From NCBI GenBank assembly GCA_964016885.1, contig OZ024743.1, forward strand, positions 342,116,001 to 342,180,000: a DNA stretch of 64,000 nucleotides, given 5' to 3'. Source of the DNA: Eledone cirrhosa (Eukaryota). Positions 40,993-53,074 of this stretch are shown here, in pieces; within the stretch, counting starts at the first letter, position 1; each line of letters starts with the position of its first letter. The translations under genes were made by a program, and so were the position numbers. The notes beneath the pieces were generated by a model. It was not told the origin of the DNA, made no database searches, and worked only from the letters and a program-made list of their open reading frames with translations.

Positions 40993-43900
40993 CTACAGGC
41001 TGATATAGAGAGAAGGCCCATTCACTCGGGCCATTCTCGCCACTTTCACCCACCTTTCATAAAACTTGTGGGGTACAGCACCTCTCTCTCCATCCTGATT
41101 CTTCTTCCAAAGTGGTATTTGAAAAAAAGAATCAGTTGTTCGCCGGAGAGAAAGGTGTCTGACCTCAGCCCTTTCAACCTTGTCCACCATACAACCTCTT
41201 TCGCCAAAGCTATCACACAAAGGAAAACCGCCTCTCCTTCGTTTTTGAAGGAGGGTGGCGGTTTGTTCATGACAATGGACTCGGTGGTCAACTGGATTGG
41301 TCCCACCCGCGACAATAGTCGTTCTACATAGCCCCACAGGTCAGTGACGCCCGGGCTGTGTATGAATGCGTGCGCGACGGTTTCTTCGTGTCGCACGGAC
41401 CTTGGACAGATCTTTTTTGCAGGGTCCCTGCCCGGGCGCCCATGTTTGTAGAGCTTATCTCGAACTGGTAGAGCTCCTCGGTAGCACTGCCAGGCCAGGG
41501 ACTTTGGGAATTTGTCCATCGGTCCCGGGCGGAAGGTCCTACCGAACAGACTGGCCAGTTCATCTTCCTCTACGCCTAGAGTTTCACCGAGCGCGTCGTC
41601 GCACTTGCTGCGGATCAACCCTCTATAGAATGACGAAGTGGAGTCTCCACTGATCGCCAGGTCCGCCTGCCAGAGGGCTGTGAGCGCCTGAGCACATTCG
41701 ATGTGCCAGTTGCCCATTTTCCTCGGTCTTTGCTTGACCCAGGACTGCAGCTCGGTCAGCGAGACGAGTCGTGGGAATGCTCGCCTCACGAACGGGGCCC
41801 ACACCGGTTGTCCGGTGAGGAATACGTAGAGTTGGCGCAGCCTGAGCGCGTGTTGCGCATCGTCAACCACGGCATCCCCAGCCCGCCGTTAGAAGGGTGT
41901 TGGCAGCAGATGGATCTTCTCACCAAAGGAGCCCGCCTCTTCCAAAGATATCGGAAGAGCGCGCGTTCCATTTTGGCGAGCGTTTTGGCTGGACAAGGCA
42001 CGACGGTCAAGCGGTAGTAGATGGCGGACGCTATAAAAGTGTTCGGCACCTCCGCTCGACCTTTCAAGGATAGTTTGCACTCGGCCCACTTCTGGGTGAG
42101 TGCAAACACCTTGGCCGTCACTGGGTTCCAGTTCTCTCCACCTGGAGGTCCGGACCAAACCAGACCCCGAGCAGCTTTTCCTGGTCCTTCCGTCCAGCGT
42201 CCGACGACGCCATCGGAAGGCATCGGTTTGCCTCTCCACGATCCGAGTTGCAAACCGATGGACTTGTCCCGGTTCAGCTTCGCTCCTGTGAAACTTTCGT
42301 ATTCCTTCAGTAAGGTGGCGACTTCCTCGATTTGCGAGGCGCTCAACACCATTATTGTCACGTCGTCCCGGTTCCAGAGGGATGCCCTGCAATAGCTCCA
42401 ACTTCCGCAGTAGTGGCTCGAGAGTCAGTACGTACAGAAGGGAGGAGAGAGGGCATCCCTGTCGAATGAATCGCGTAATATGGAACGGCTCCGAGAGGTA
42501 GCCGTTCACCTTGACCCTTGAGCAGATGTTGCTGTTGTGCATTGCAGCAATACAGCCCCTGAACACGGGTCCGAAGCCTGCCGCCTCGAGCACCGCATCC
42601 AGGTAACGATGGTCAACCCTATCGAAAGCCTTAGACTGATCCAAGTTGAGCAGGGCCCCACCGAAGCCAGGTTTACACCCTACCCTCTCTATGATGTATC
42701 GCATGAGGTGGTCGGGATTGCGCATGTCTGCGCTTCTCCCACCAGGTTCTCGACGACAAGCGCCAGCCTCTTTGCCAACACCTTGGCCAAAATCTGTAAC
42801 ACTGTGTTTAGCAGAGTTATGGGCCGGAAGTTGCCTATGTCATCCCCCTTATTCTCGTCCTGCCTGATTAGTGTGACCCCGCCCCCGGTTACAGAACTGG
42901 GAATTCTCCGGTTCTGTTGCCAGTTGCAGTAGACCGCTTCCAGGAGACCGGTGAATAAGTCCGGCATTGTTACGTAAAATTCGTAGGGTTAAACCGTCGA
43001 GACCCGGAGATTTGCGTTTGCCGCATTGGCTCAGCGCGTCCCCTATCTCACTGGCTGAAATCGGCTTTTCGCAGAACTTTGCCTCGCTGTCCGAGAGTCG
43101 CGGTAGGCCGTCGAGGTATGGACCGAAATCCATAGCCTCTCCCGGCGCGCCGCCCCTCCCGAACAGCTGAGCAAAGTGCCGCTGAAAATCCGCACACATC
43201 TGCTCGGCTCACGTATCACGCGTCCGTTTTGGTCCTTCAAAGACCGAATCGTGGTCTTGTTGCCACTTTTTGCCTCCGTCACTCGGGCCCAGCTAACAGC
43301 TTTGGCTCCCTCGTTTCCCAGAGCACGTATTTTGCTTCTGACAACGCAGCCCTCGTGCTTTGCGTCGAAGAACTGGTCCAAGGCCGTTCTCGTTGCTAGC
43401 ACGCTGGCTACGTTGCCACTTCTAATTGCCTCTTCTACTTTATCTACCAGTTCCTTCTCGGTTCTATTTCTATCTAACGCTAATTCTTTACTAAAAACTA
43501 TCGAGTCTAATCTAACTGCCCTCTTGAGAGAGTACCACCATCTGTTGTTGACAATGGCCCCTGTCAAGTGCTGTTTAACTAAAGTGCTAATCCGTCTACT
43601 GTAGGCTTTGCTTGTCGGTAACGACAAGTTCATCTTCCAGTAGCCGGGTCCTTGTCTATGGGTTCTATCAAGGTTGGCCATGCAGGTCACTAGTTTGTGA
43701 TCTGAATAGGCAACCACGAACATTTGTGGACAGCTTAACATGTCCCTATCCTTATTTCTAACTAGAACCCTATCTAGGTACGATCTAGATGTTTCGCTAC
43801 GATTACTCCACGTCCACTGTGGCGCAGTCGGAAAATCTAGTCGATATCTATCGGCCAGGTCAAATCGGTCGATCAACTGTTTGAGGCTGTTACACCCCCC

Positions 43901-44377
43901 TTTATCGGGACATGCTCCCACATAGTCCCAACGTGCATCTAGTATTCCATTCCAGTCCCCCACTAAAAGCAAGGAGCGGGACGTTCCCAGAAAAGTCTCT
44001 AGACGTCTGAAGAAGTCTGGCCGCGGTGTCCCGGATGGGGCATATGCGGCCACCAGCCTGAAGGCTCCACCTTCACTACCGTCAACGTCTAGGACCAGCA
44101 GTCGACTCTCCGGGTCCAGATGTACCGTCTGTGTTACGAGGCTCAGGTGTTTCCGCAGCAAAACAGCAACTCCGCCCCCACCCCCCGGTTGACAGAGAGA
44201 TGCGTAGATCTCAAAGTCATCGAAGATGGGGGCCAGCTGTCGCTCGCTGTGGATCCTGGACTCGCAAATGGCTACCACATCCATACTGTGCGACCTGAGG
44301 TCGTTTAAGAGTTTGCCCTGTTTCCAGGGCATCCCTAGGCCGCGTACGTTCACACATCCAACTCTTATATTGGCCAT
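40993..44377 (-). pseudogene. Tx1 ORF2 (APE endonuclease + reverse transcriptase), frameshifted
   Basis: CVNVRGL, ICES, AYAP, VGDWN, SYLDR, YSDH; KSPGLDGL; NFRPITLLN; LDQSKAFDRVDH; IRQGCPLS; CPRS..EETVAHAF. Confidence 0.92.
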
Positions 44378-44814
44378 AGATTTTAGACAAGGTGGGATGT
44401 AGTTTCCAGGATAGGTTTTGCACTCTCATTAAGAGGCGGGTATATGTGCCATCCAATCTCCTCTCAAGTTGTGATGTTAGTGTCCACGTTTCGGATCCAT
44501 AAAGTAATATGGGCTTAATGGTTGCTTGGAATATTTCCAGTTTTAGCTTGTTGGTAAGTTCTAAAATCCCGGAGAGCTCAATTTGCTGGCCACTGTCACC
44601 GTGCCAGCAATGAAATCATATCCGCTCTCTTGCTCTGGAACCCTGACTCCAGCCTGACTAGGAGTAGGAAGCTGTCATTCCCTGACGTTATCTCTAGGGA
44701 TACGGCAATCAGTAGACAGGACCTGGGGGCGGCGATGAGGGACAGGGAATTCTGGGGCATGAGAGTGAGATCCATCATCTCGACAGTAGTCGACGAATGA
44801 TGATGATGATGATG
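44378..44814. mobile_element. 5'-inverted RTE LINE 3' insertion with (TGA)n tail and 11-bp TSD
   Basis: Plus 44566-44800 RRAQFAGHCHR..LLLWNP..AMRDREFW then tgatgatga; minus 44378-44560 ILLYGSETWTLT..RRLDGTYTRLL..HPT..IYG; atattggccat at 44367-44377 and 44815-44825. Confidence 0.92.
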
Positions 44815-44858
44815 ATATTGGCCATGTTGGTGCTGAAAAGTTAAAAGAGGAAAAGAGA

Positions 44859-46682
44859 TCACTCACCCTTCGTCTCCTGGGGACCAGGCTGCACGATTTC
44901 CATGGGGGTGTTGGAGGGGTTGTCTGGATGGGTGGTGGTTTCCGGCGGGGTGGGGATGGAGATGTTGGTAGTGGGGTCTGGTGGGATGGGGGTGTCTGGT
45001 GTGGTGAGACATTTGAGAAGGACGCGGTTAAGTGGTTTCACGCAGGAATTCCCCACATCCTTCTCAAATGTTTCTTTTAGGGACCTATAAGTTTGTATGG
45101 GGACCCTAATCAGTTTTAGGTTCAGTTTTTTGTTATTTTTAATAGAGTGGGCGAAAGTTTTCCCTTCGGTTTTCACCAAAGGGTCTTTCGTGATGGTCTC
45201 CATTAGTGTTTTGTTTTCAGTGTTTATGTAAGTGTAAGTGTAATTTTCTAGTGTTGTGTTTGTTTGTGTCTGTAGTTCTTGTGTGTGCTTTCGTTTTGTT
45301 GTAGGTATTTTGTTTTCAGGAGGTGGGGGTTTTGTTTGTGATGCTTTTGTTGTTTGTGTTGGTGGTTGTATGTTTGTGGTAGTGTTTGCTGGTTTTTTGC
45401 TTTTGTGATGTCTTTTCTTTCTTTTCGAGCGATGGGATTCTCCCTCGTCTTCACTGGGTGATGGCGAGATAGCCTCGTCTGTTGTATCGTCTGTGTGATT
45501 GGGACGGGGTATGTCTTGGGGAGCTGTTGTGTCTGTATGTGATTTTGCAGTGGTTTTAGGTGGAGTGGGGTTGGGTGGGACTGTGTTTGTTGTAGTTATT
45601 TTTGTGTGTTGGTGTTGTTGTTGTGGTGGTTGTGTTGTTTTGATGGGTATCGGCAGAAGAGCCTTTTTTTACTCATTAATTTAGGACAGGAAGCCCTCAG
45701 GTGACCCCTGCTAAAGCAATGGTAACATGAAGGCCGCCTACCCTCAACCGAAAAGTTTATGTAGGTGAGTCCGTCCAGGAGTACACGTTGTGGGATCATA
45801 GCTATTCGCTCTGGGCTCATTTGCACCAGAACTTCAATGCTAGTCCCATTGAATACATCTCTGGGGGACTTTCCTACTGACAGTATTCTGTCTTCATCAA
45901 AATTGATGAAGCCGCACAGTATCCACCATATGTTCACCGTTGGTGTGACACTCGTGATTTTAATCTTTTGTGTCCTTTTTCCCATGTATGTAGGGAAAAA
46001 GGTATACAGGTTGGATACAATTGGCGACACAGAGTAATTTTAGGCCGTCAATTGATCCTTCATGAGTACCGAAATACTCCCAAAGAGTTTGCTTCTTTCA
46101 ATGAATGCAATATCATTCATTGAATCTTTGAAAACCAGTCCAATTTCTTTCTGTGACAATTGGACTGGTTTTCGGGTAGAATTGGAAACTGTCCTAAAAA
46201 CTATCGATTTGAGAGCAGTTTCCTTGCGAATTTCTACCAGAGATGACGCTGAAAGCACCATTTTTTTCGAAAGTGACATATCTCCTAGCGACCTTTAAAA
46301 GTTGTTCGGCATTTATTATGTCGAGATATGTCAGTTCCTCCTTTTTTTTAACTGTCTGTGCAAAGGAGATTTTTGGTTTCTTTGTGGAATTATACGTGTT
46401 GGTGGTATTGACATTATTGTTGTTATTGTTGTTGTTATTCTTGTTGTCAATGATATTGATATTATTCGTATTTTCCTTGGTGTTGGTGTTGGTGTTGTTG
46501 TTGTCTTTGATGCTGGTGTTATTGGTGTTGTCTTTATTTTTTTCTTTGTTGTTGTTGTCATTGTTGTTTTTATCATCATTATTGGTGTTGTTATTTTTGT
46601 TGTCATTGAACTGTTTGGTGTCATTTGTGTTGTTTGGATATGAATTTGTTTTTACATTTTCATTTCGTCTTTCCATCTCCAT
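44859..46682 (-). pseudogene. Tx1 ORF1 (Asn/Thr-rich low complexity, CCHC zinc knuckle), disrupted
   Basis: SFAQTVK; VEGRRPSCYHCFSRGHLRASCP; broken into ORFs 46194-46682, 46040-46279, 45596-46030 and 44859-45203. Confidence 0.8.
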
Positions 46683-46989
46683 AGTATCTAGGGAAGAAGA
46701 CGATGTTGACTGCGAGCTCTGTAGTCTTACCGACTCTCCACCACCATTATCGTTGAAACAGCGTTCATAACGTAATCAAACTTCTTCCGATATTTTATTC
46801 AAAATTCGATGGAGAAAAAATTTTAAACCGAATATTTCGCCCCTGTATAGGCGAAAATGAGTTGACCCACCACCTGAAGGTCCAGACGGGGAGTCAAGTT
46901 ACACAATAATATAAAATTTAACTGAAAACTCACGTTTTTTTCTTACATAAATTAACGGAAACTTCTCCGCGAAGTTACACACGTCTGGT

Positions 46990-46997
46990 AGAGAGAG

Positions 46998-47089
<92 letters not shown>

Positions 47090-47090
47090 G
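46990..47090. repeat. (GA)n/(GATA)n microsatellite
   Basis: Direct reading. Confidence 0.98.
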
Positions 47091-47779
47091 GAAACGTGTA
47101 CTTATACGTCTATATACAGCTATAAAGTGGTTGAAAGAGATTGTGTTATAGATATAAATTTGTAAGCAAACGGAAATTATCGGATTTATAAACTTAGTCA
47201 AGTATAAATAGAATAAATGAGAATATTCAGTTTTCAGTTCACAAAACTTTTATTCAAATTTTTATCTTTACTTAAATTGTAGTTTTTTTAATAGAGTGGA
47301 ACTTTGTAGTGTTTCGTTAAAATAAATGTGATATGTTTGCCAAGTATTTCATTATATATACACTGTGTGTTTACCAAATATTATATTACGGAGAATTCTA
47401 AAGTGTTCAAGGAGTTTTACGTATTTATCTACACTATGGGGGCGCGATGGTGATGCTTCAAATATATAAATGATGTAAAGATAAATGCAGTGGCACAGGT
47501 GTAGAAGTTAGACTTACAACCAACCGCTTCCGGGTTCTATTGACTACACTGCCATCCCAATGGCCAAGGAACGTCAGCAACAGAGTTGTGTGAAATTAGA
47601 TATAAACAATATGGTAGGTCCGTCTGCATATAAATACACACACACGTATATATATATATATATACACATACACGCATATATATATATATATATACACGCA
47701 TATATATATATAACTAAATATATATATATAGATATATATATATACATATATACATATATACATATATATATATACATAT

Positions 47780-48246
47780 AAGTATGTATACGTATATACA
47801 TATATGTATACAGACGTACAGTAATATGTAAATACATACATACATTTACGTATGGGTTTACCGAACATTTATTATAATGTTCGGTTTGTTTGTAAACAAA
47901 CATCCCGAATTAAGCCGTACAGTGTTCGGCAACCATCGTTGCCCTTTTGTTCAACACTGACAAAGGGACGATGAACTAGTTTCTAGCTTATTATCTGTCA
48001 TCAGCACCGTATACCTTCCTGTCAGTCGATTGAACGTTTGAAAGTATATACTTTCCTTATGCATATTAACGGCTGAGCAGCCTAATTTGCATATCGAGTG
48101 AGTTAGTCGGCCGAGCGCATCGGAAACGATAAATGGAAATAATGAAATTCCATTTCTCACTCTTAGTACGGCTAATACTTAAATATAAGTATGTATACTT
48201 ATCAGCCGTACTAAGAGTGAGAAATGAAATTTCATTTTTTCCATTT
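47780..48246. mobile_element. Retrozyme-like family D: one ~407-bp monomer, wrap-around and short inverted arm (HHR at 47968-48010, minus)
   Basis: aagtatgtatac at 47780 and 48187; 48200-48246 inverted relative to 48130-48178. Confidence 0.85.
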
Positions 48247-48252
48247 ATGTAT

Positions 48253-48323
<71 letters not shown>

Positions 48324-48579
48324 TATATATATATATATTAATTTCAACAATGTCAGTATCCCGTGTGTCATAATTCTCGATTATCATAGGTTCATGGGTT
48401 TCAAACGACTCCGCCCACCTCAACGACGCCAAACTTCAATTAATATGCATAATGCCAATGAGGGAGTGAGAGGGGAGAGTAAAACACAGAGAGGCAAAGT
48501 GAACGCTGTAACTATTACCATGTGTGCGTGTGTATGTACGTGCGCATATGTTTATGTGTGTGTACGTGCGTGCAGAGTT

Positions 48580-48810
48580 CCACAGAAAGTAAAAGCAATT
48601 CGACTTTATCAAACAGTGAACTTCAGCGGCTACGGCGTGCAGCCAGGAATGAAGAAAAACAGGCCGAACAGCGCCATCGAAATGCCGAACTTCAGAGGCG
48701 AAGACATGCCGCCATGAATGAAGTGGGGCTGGCTGAACAACGCCAACGAAATACTGGAGCCAAGCAGCGACGGCGTGCTGTGATGGTTGAAGACGAACTG
48801 GCTGAGCATC
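48580..48810 (+). pseudogene. 23-aa STPR-like repeats, probable Helitron RepHel N-terminal fragment
   Basis: SNSELQRLRRAARNEEKQAEQRH / RNAELQRRRHAAMNEVGLAEQRQ / RNTGAKQRRRAVMVEDELAEHH; adjacent Helitron end. Confidence 0.55.
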
Positions 48811-48846
48811 ATCTTTTATATTAATTATCTATATCTATATCTACAT

Positions 48847-49188
48847 CTAATATAAAAGATTGGAAATTCCATCATCCATTTGAGAAACGGGGGGCAACCA
48901 CGTCTATGCAATGATACACGTTTTACAGTCAGGCAGAAGATGAACCATCTCCTAGAGGTCACTATTCTAGGTGGGAGCACCTAGAATTGTTCATATACTA
49001 TGCATAAACAGTACAACGAAGAATCTTGTATATCTGGAAGATTTTATTACTGTTTTTTGTATCACACTGACACCACGGACTCGCCTCATACTGTAACCAG
49101 ACAAACATCCAATACAGTCATTTTCTCTTTTATCTGTCTTCTCTTATAATCTGTTGTTTACCCGGGCGAAGCTGGGTACGCCAGCTAG
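48847..49188 (+). mobile_element. Non-autonomous Helitron-like element
   Basis: 5' tctaatataaaag; 3' hairpin cccgggcgaagctggg followed by CTAG. Confidence 0.7.
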
Positions 49189-49284
49189 TATATATATATA
49201 TAAAGAAATAGAGAGAGAGAGAGAGAGATACATAGATATAGGTATACATATGTATATATATATATATATATGTGTATATACATA

Positions 49285-49328
<44 letters not shown>

Positions 49329-49599
49329 TATGTATATACATATATATATATATGTATATACATATATATATATATGTGTATGTATAATATATAATCGTTT
49401 CACTCACTATCAATCACACATGCACACACACATGGTTTCCAAACTTAACGCGTCGCGCAGACTCACGTAACTAAAAATAACAGCCTGGTCCAGAAGACGT
49501 GAGTCTGCGCGACGCGCTAAGTTTGGAAACCATGTGCGTTACATATACACACACTAGCCAGTTCTTTATTTTATTTAGAAGTGATCAGGATACTAATTC

Positions 49600-49684
49600 T
49601 TCACCCGCTGATGAGCCAAGAATTTGATATACCTCTTCACAAATAATATTGCGAAACGGTTCCATCAAAAACTGACCGGGTGAA
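49600..49684 (+). ncRNA. Type I HHR with a true stem III and a non-canonical GAC triplet
   Basis: ttcacccg-CTGATGA-GC..ATTTG..CAAAT..GC-GAAACGGTT-ccatcaaa-AACTGAC-cgggtgaa. Confidence 0.75.
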
Positions 49685-49945
49685 TGGTAGTTACCACAAT
49701 ACTGGTTTGTATTTATTTTTCTTGATTTATTCTTAAATTGAGCTTCGCAAACCCTATTGTCTATAGTTAGTATTTTTTTCACCATAGCGTTTCTGGTCCA
49801 TTACGATTAGAACCCATACATGCATATGTCAGTGTTCGTTTTTTCTTTTTTGTTCAGTGATACTATACGGCTCGGAAAAACATTTTTCCTAGAGCTAAGT
49901 TTACTGTAATGAGACTATTTTAAGTTTCTAACTCAATACATGCTT

Positions 49946-49999
<54 letters not shown>

Positions 50000-50001
<2 letters not shown>

Positions 50002-50125
50002 AACAAGTAAGACCCCGACGGCTGAGCTCAAGCCGTTTCGACGGCTAATTTCCCACTCTACTACCCTAAGTATTGAGTACTTTGGTGCGTTATGGTCCAC
50101 CTCGTTCCTTACCACATTTCCTTCG

Positions 50126-50128
<3 letters not shown>
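50000..50128. mobile_element. Two-armed fragment, same family as 32745-32912
   Basis: Inverted HHR 3' half joined to forward tail cccactctact..ttccttcgt; TA on both sides. Confidence 0.7.
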
Positions 50129-50211
<83 letters not shown>

Positions 50212-50541
50212 GCATATATATATATGCATATATATATATAGGCATATATATAAGCCTATATGCATAATAATAATAATATTGAAACGAAGTCATCGGGAGA
50301 ACCGATGTAACTTCGACTGTTTTCTGACTAACTCAATGTTCTAATTAGGCCAGAATCATTAAAGATTTACTTTGCCTTTCATCCATACGGGGTCGATAAA
50401 ATAAAGTACCAGTGATGTACTGAGTAATTGCTGGTCTTGTACCAAAAGTAGAAACAATTACGATATCAAACAAGAAGGAAAGCAGAGGGCACACTTATAC
50501 GTTACATAGTGAGTGAAACGATTATATATTATACATACACG

Positions 50542-50641
<100 letters not shown>

Positions 50642-50713
50642 AATATACACATATATATATAAATGTATACCTATATCAATGTAACTCTCTCTCTCTCTCT
50701 CTCTCTGTATATA

Positions 50714-50774
<61 letters not shown>

Positions 50775-50783
50775 TTATATATA

Positions 50784-50830
<47 letters not shown>

Positions 50831-50837
50831 TTATATA

Positions 50838-50911
<74 letters not shown>

Positions 50912-50947
50912 CATATATATATATACATATATATATATATTTATATA

Positions 50948-51061
<114 letters not shown>

Positions 51062-51103
51062 CATATATATAGGTATACATATATACATATATATATATAT
51101 TTA

Positions 51104-51660
51104 TACTTGGAGGGGGGGTTCATATTGTTGTAATAGTATTGCCAGAAATAACAACAGAACACATTCACTGTTTGGTTGGTTTTCGCTTCTGTATCTGTAG
51201 TATTCTGCACAGTTAATTCATTTGGTCCTCAATGTTTATAATTGACTGACCAACGCTAAAAATTACAGATGTAATATAGATATAAACACATATATATAGT
51301 CTAACAAAGTTCTTTCGTTGCACATCTCCAACATCATCAGCTGTACTATTATGTTACTCCTGTTGTATTGTATATCTATACCAGAAAAGATGGCGTAGAC
51401 ATACAATACAACAGGGGGAACATGATAGTACGACTGATGATGTTGCAGATCTGCAACGAAAAACTACATATATATATGTGTTTATATCTATATTATATCT
51501 GTATTTTTGACAGTTGGTCAGTCAATGATAAACATTGAGGACCAAATGAATTAACTGTGGAGATATAAAAGATACAGAAACGAAAACCAACCAAACAGTG
51601 AATGTGTTCTGTTATTATTTTTGGCAATATTATTACAACAATATGACCCTCCCCAAGTAT
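51104..51660. repeat. Diverged fold-back element with an HHR on each arm
   Basis: CTGATGA-t-GTTGCA-gatc-TGCAAC-GAAA at ~51434-51461 and its mirror at ~51305-51345; family also at 17890-18150. Confidence 0.75.
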
Positions 51661-51799
51661 AACAATATTTGTTTCGACACACGATTTCATATCAAAAGCC
51701 TCGCAAAACAAATTCATCGCCGTCATTATATATATATATATTGAGTGAGTCAGAGATACATCGCTTTTATCGATGACTTCGTTTCAATATTACTATTGT

Positions 51800-52185
51800 T
51801 AGGCTATGGTATCTCCACCTCTTCCTCGACGGTGATCAGGTGTGGTCACCGTTTGCTAGACGCGTCTTTCCCCAGCTCGTCTCATTGACTGAGCTGCATT
51901 CCTGGGTCAAGCGAAGACCGAGAGGGACCGCTTGGAGACTGGAATGTCTTCAGGCGCTCACAGCCCTCATCCAATCGAGCAATGTGATCGGTGGAAACTC
52001 CATCTTGGCGTTCTATAGAGGAATAGTGGAGGGGAAGAGCGACGACGTACTTGGGGAAAGTCTAGCCGTCGACGAAAATGAACTAGCCAATCTCTTCGGA
52101 AGAACTTTCGGGCCGGGACCTATGGACAACTTCCAGAAATCCCTGGCCTGGCAGTGCTACCGAGGAGCTTTGCCAGTTCGGGATA
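51800..52185 (+). mobile_element. Tx1 ORF2 3' fragment
   Basis: [44 protein letters not shown], homologous to ~41450-41830. Confidence 0.88.
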
Positions 52186-52189
52186 CATA

Positions 52190-52232
<43 letters not shown>

Positions 52233-52234
52233 TA

Positions 52235-52350
<116 letters not shown>

Positions 52351-52489
52351 TTTTTTTTCTACATATATATGTATATATATCGTTTCTGAATTTGTTTAGC
52401 AAGATTCTTTATCTGAAAACGTGACACAAAAACAAGATGGCGTAGGACAGAACAAAGGAGAGGCACAAACACAAAGAAAAGAATCCACA

Positions 52490-52532
52490 GTCAATGAAGA
52501 GGTCACAGAATGTGTGACGAAAGAACTTTGAC
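52490..52532 (+). ncRNA. HHR motif (C3 mutated)
   Basis: gtca-ATGAAGA-g-GTCACA-gaatg-TGTGAC-GAAA-GAACTT-tgac. Confidence 0.65.
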
Positions 52533-52680
52533 AATATACGAACAACCGTCCGGTTGTGGAACCAACCAACCAACCGGAAATTTATTAATTCTTAAATTTA
52601 TAAATTTAATTTATAATAAATTGGAGTGAAAGCAACTGGTGCGTGTGTTTCTTATTGGCAACATGACCCTCCCAAAGCAT

Positions 52681-52731
<51 letters not shown>

Positions 52732-52872
52732 GTATATATATACGATGAATCATAAACTCATCAACTCACCAGATTGCCATAACAATTGTACTTTGGTTTT
52801 GCTTGGCATTTTTAAATATCTAATGCAGTTACTATGCAGTACTGATTGTTATAAATTGTTAATCAATCCTTA

Positions 52873-53074
<202 letters not shown>

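Larger units (their letters stand above)
40752..46988 (-). mobile_element. Approximately full-length Tx1/L1-clade LINE, frameshifted, flanked by GATA repeats
   Basis: ORF1 with CCHC knuckle, ORF2 with APE endonuclease, RT and zinc finger; aataaag near 3' end; GATA repeats at 40711-40750 and 46990-47090. Confidence 0.92.

Noticed and set aside
46243-46770. Hydrophobic plus-strand ORF resembling a membrane protein
   Set aside because: Antisense of the AAC-rich Tx1 ORF1
46830-46900. HDV-like ribozyme at the Tx1 5' end
   Set aside because: Only two simple hairpins; nested pseudoknot not found
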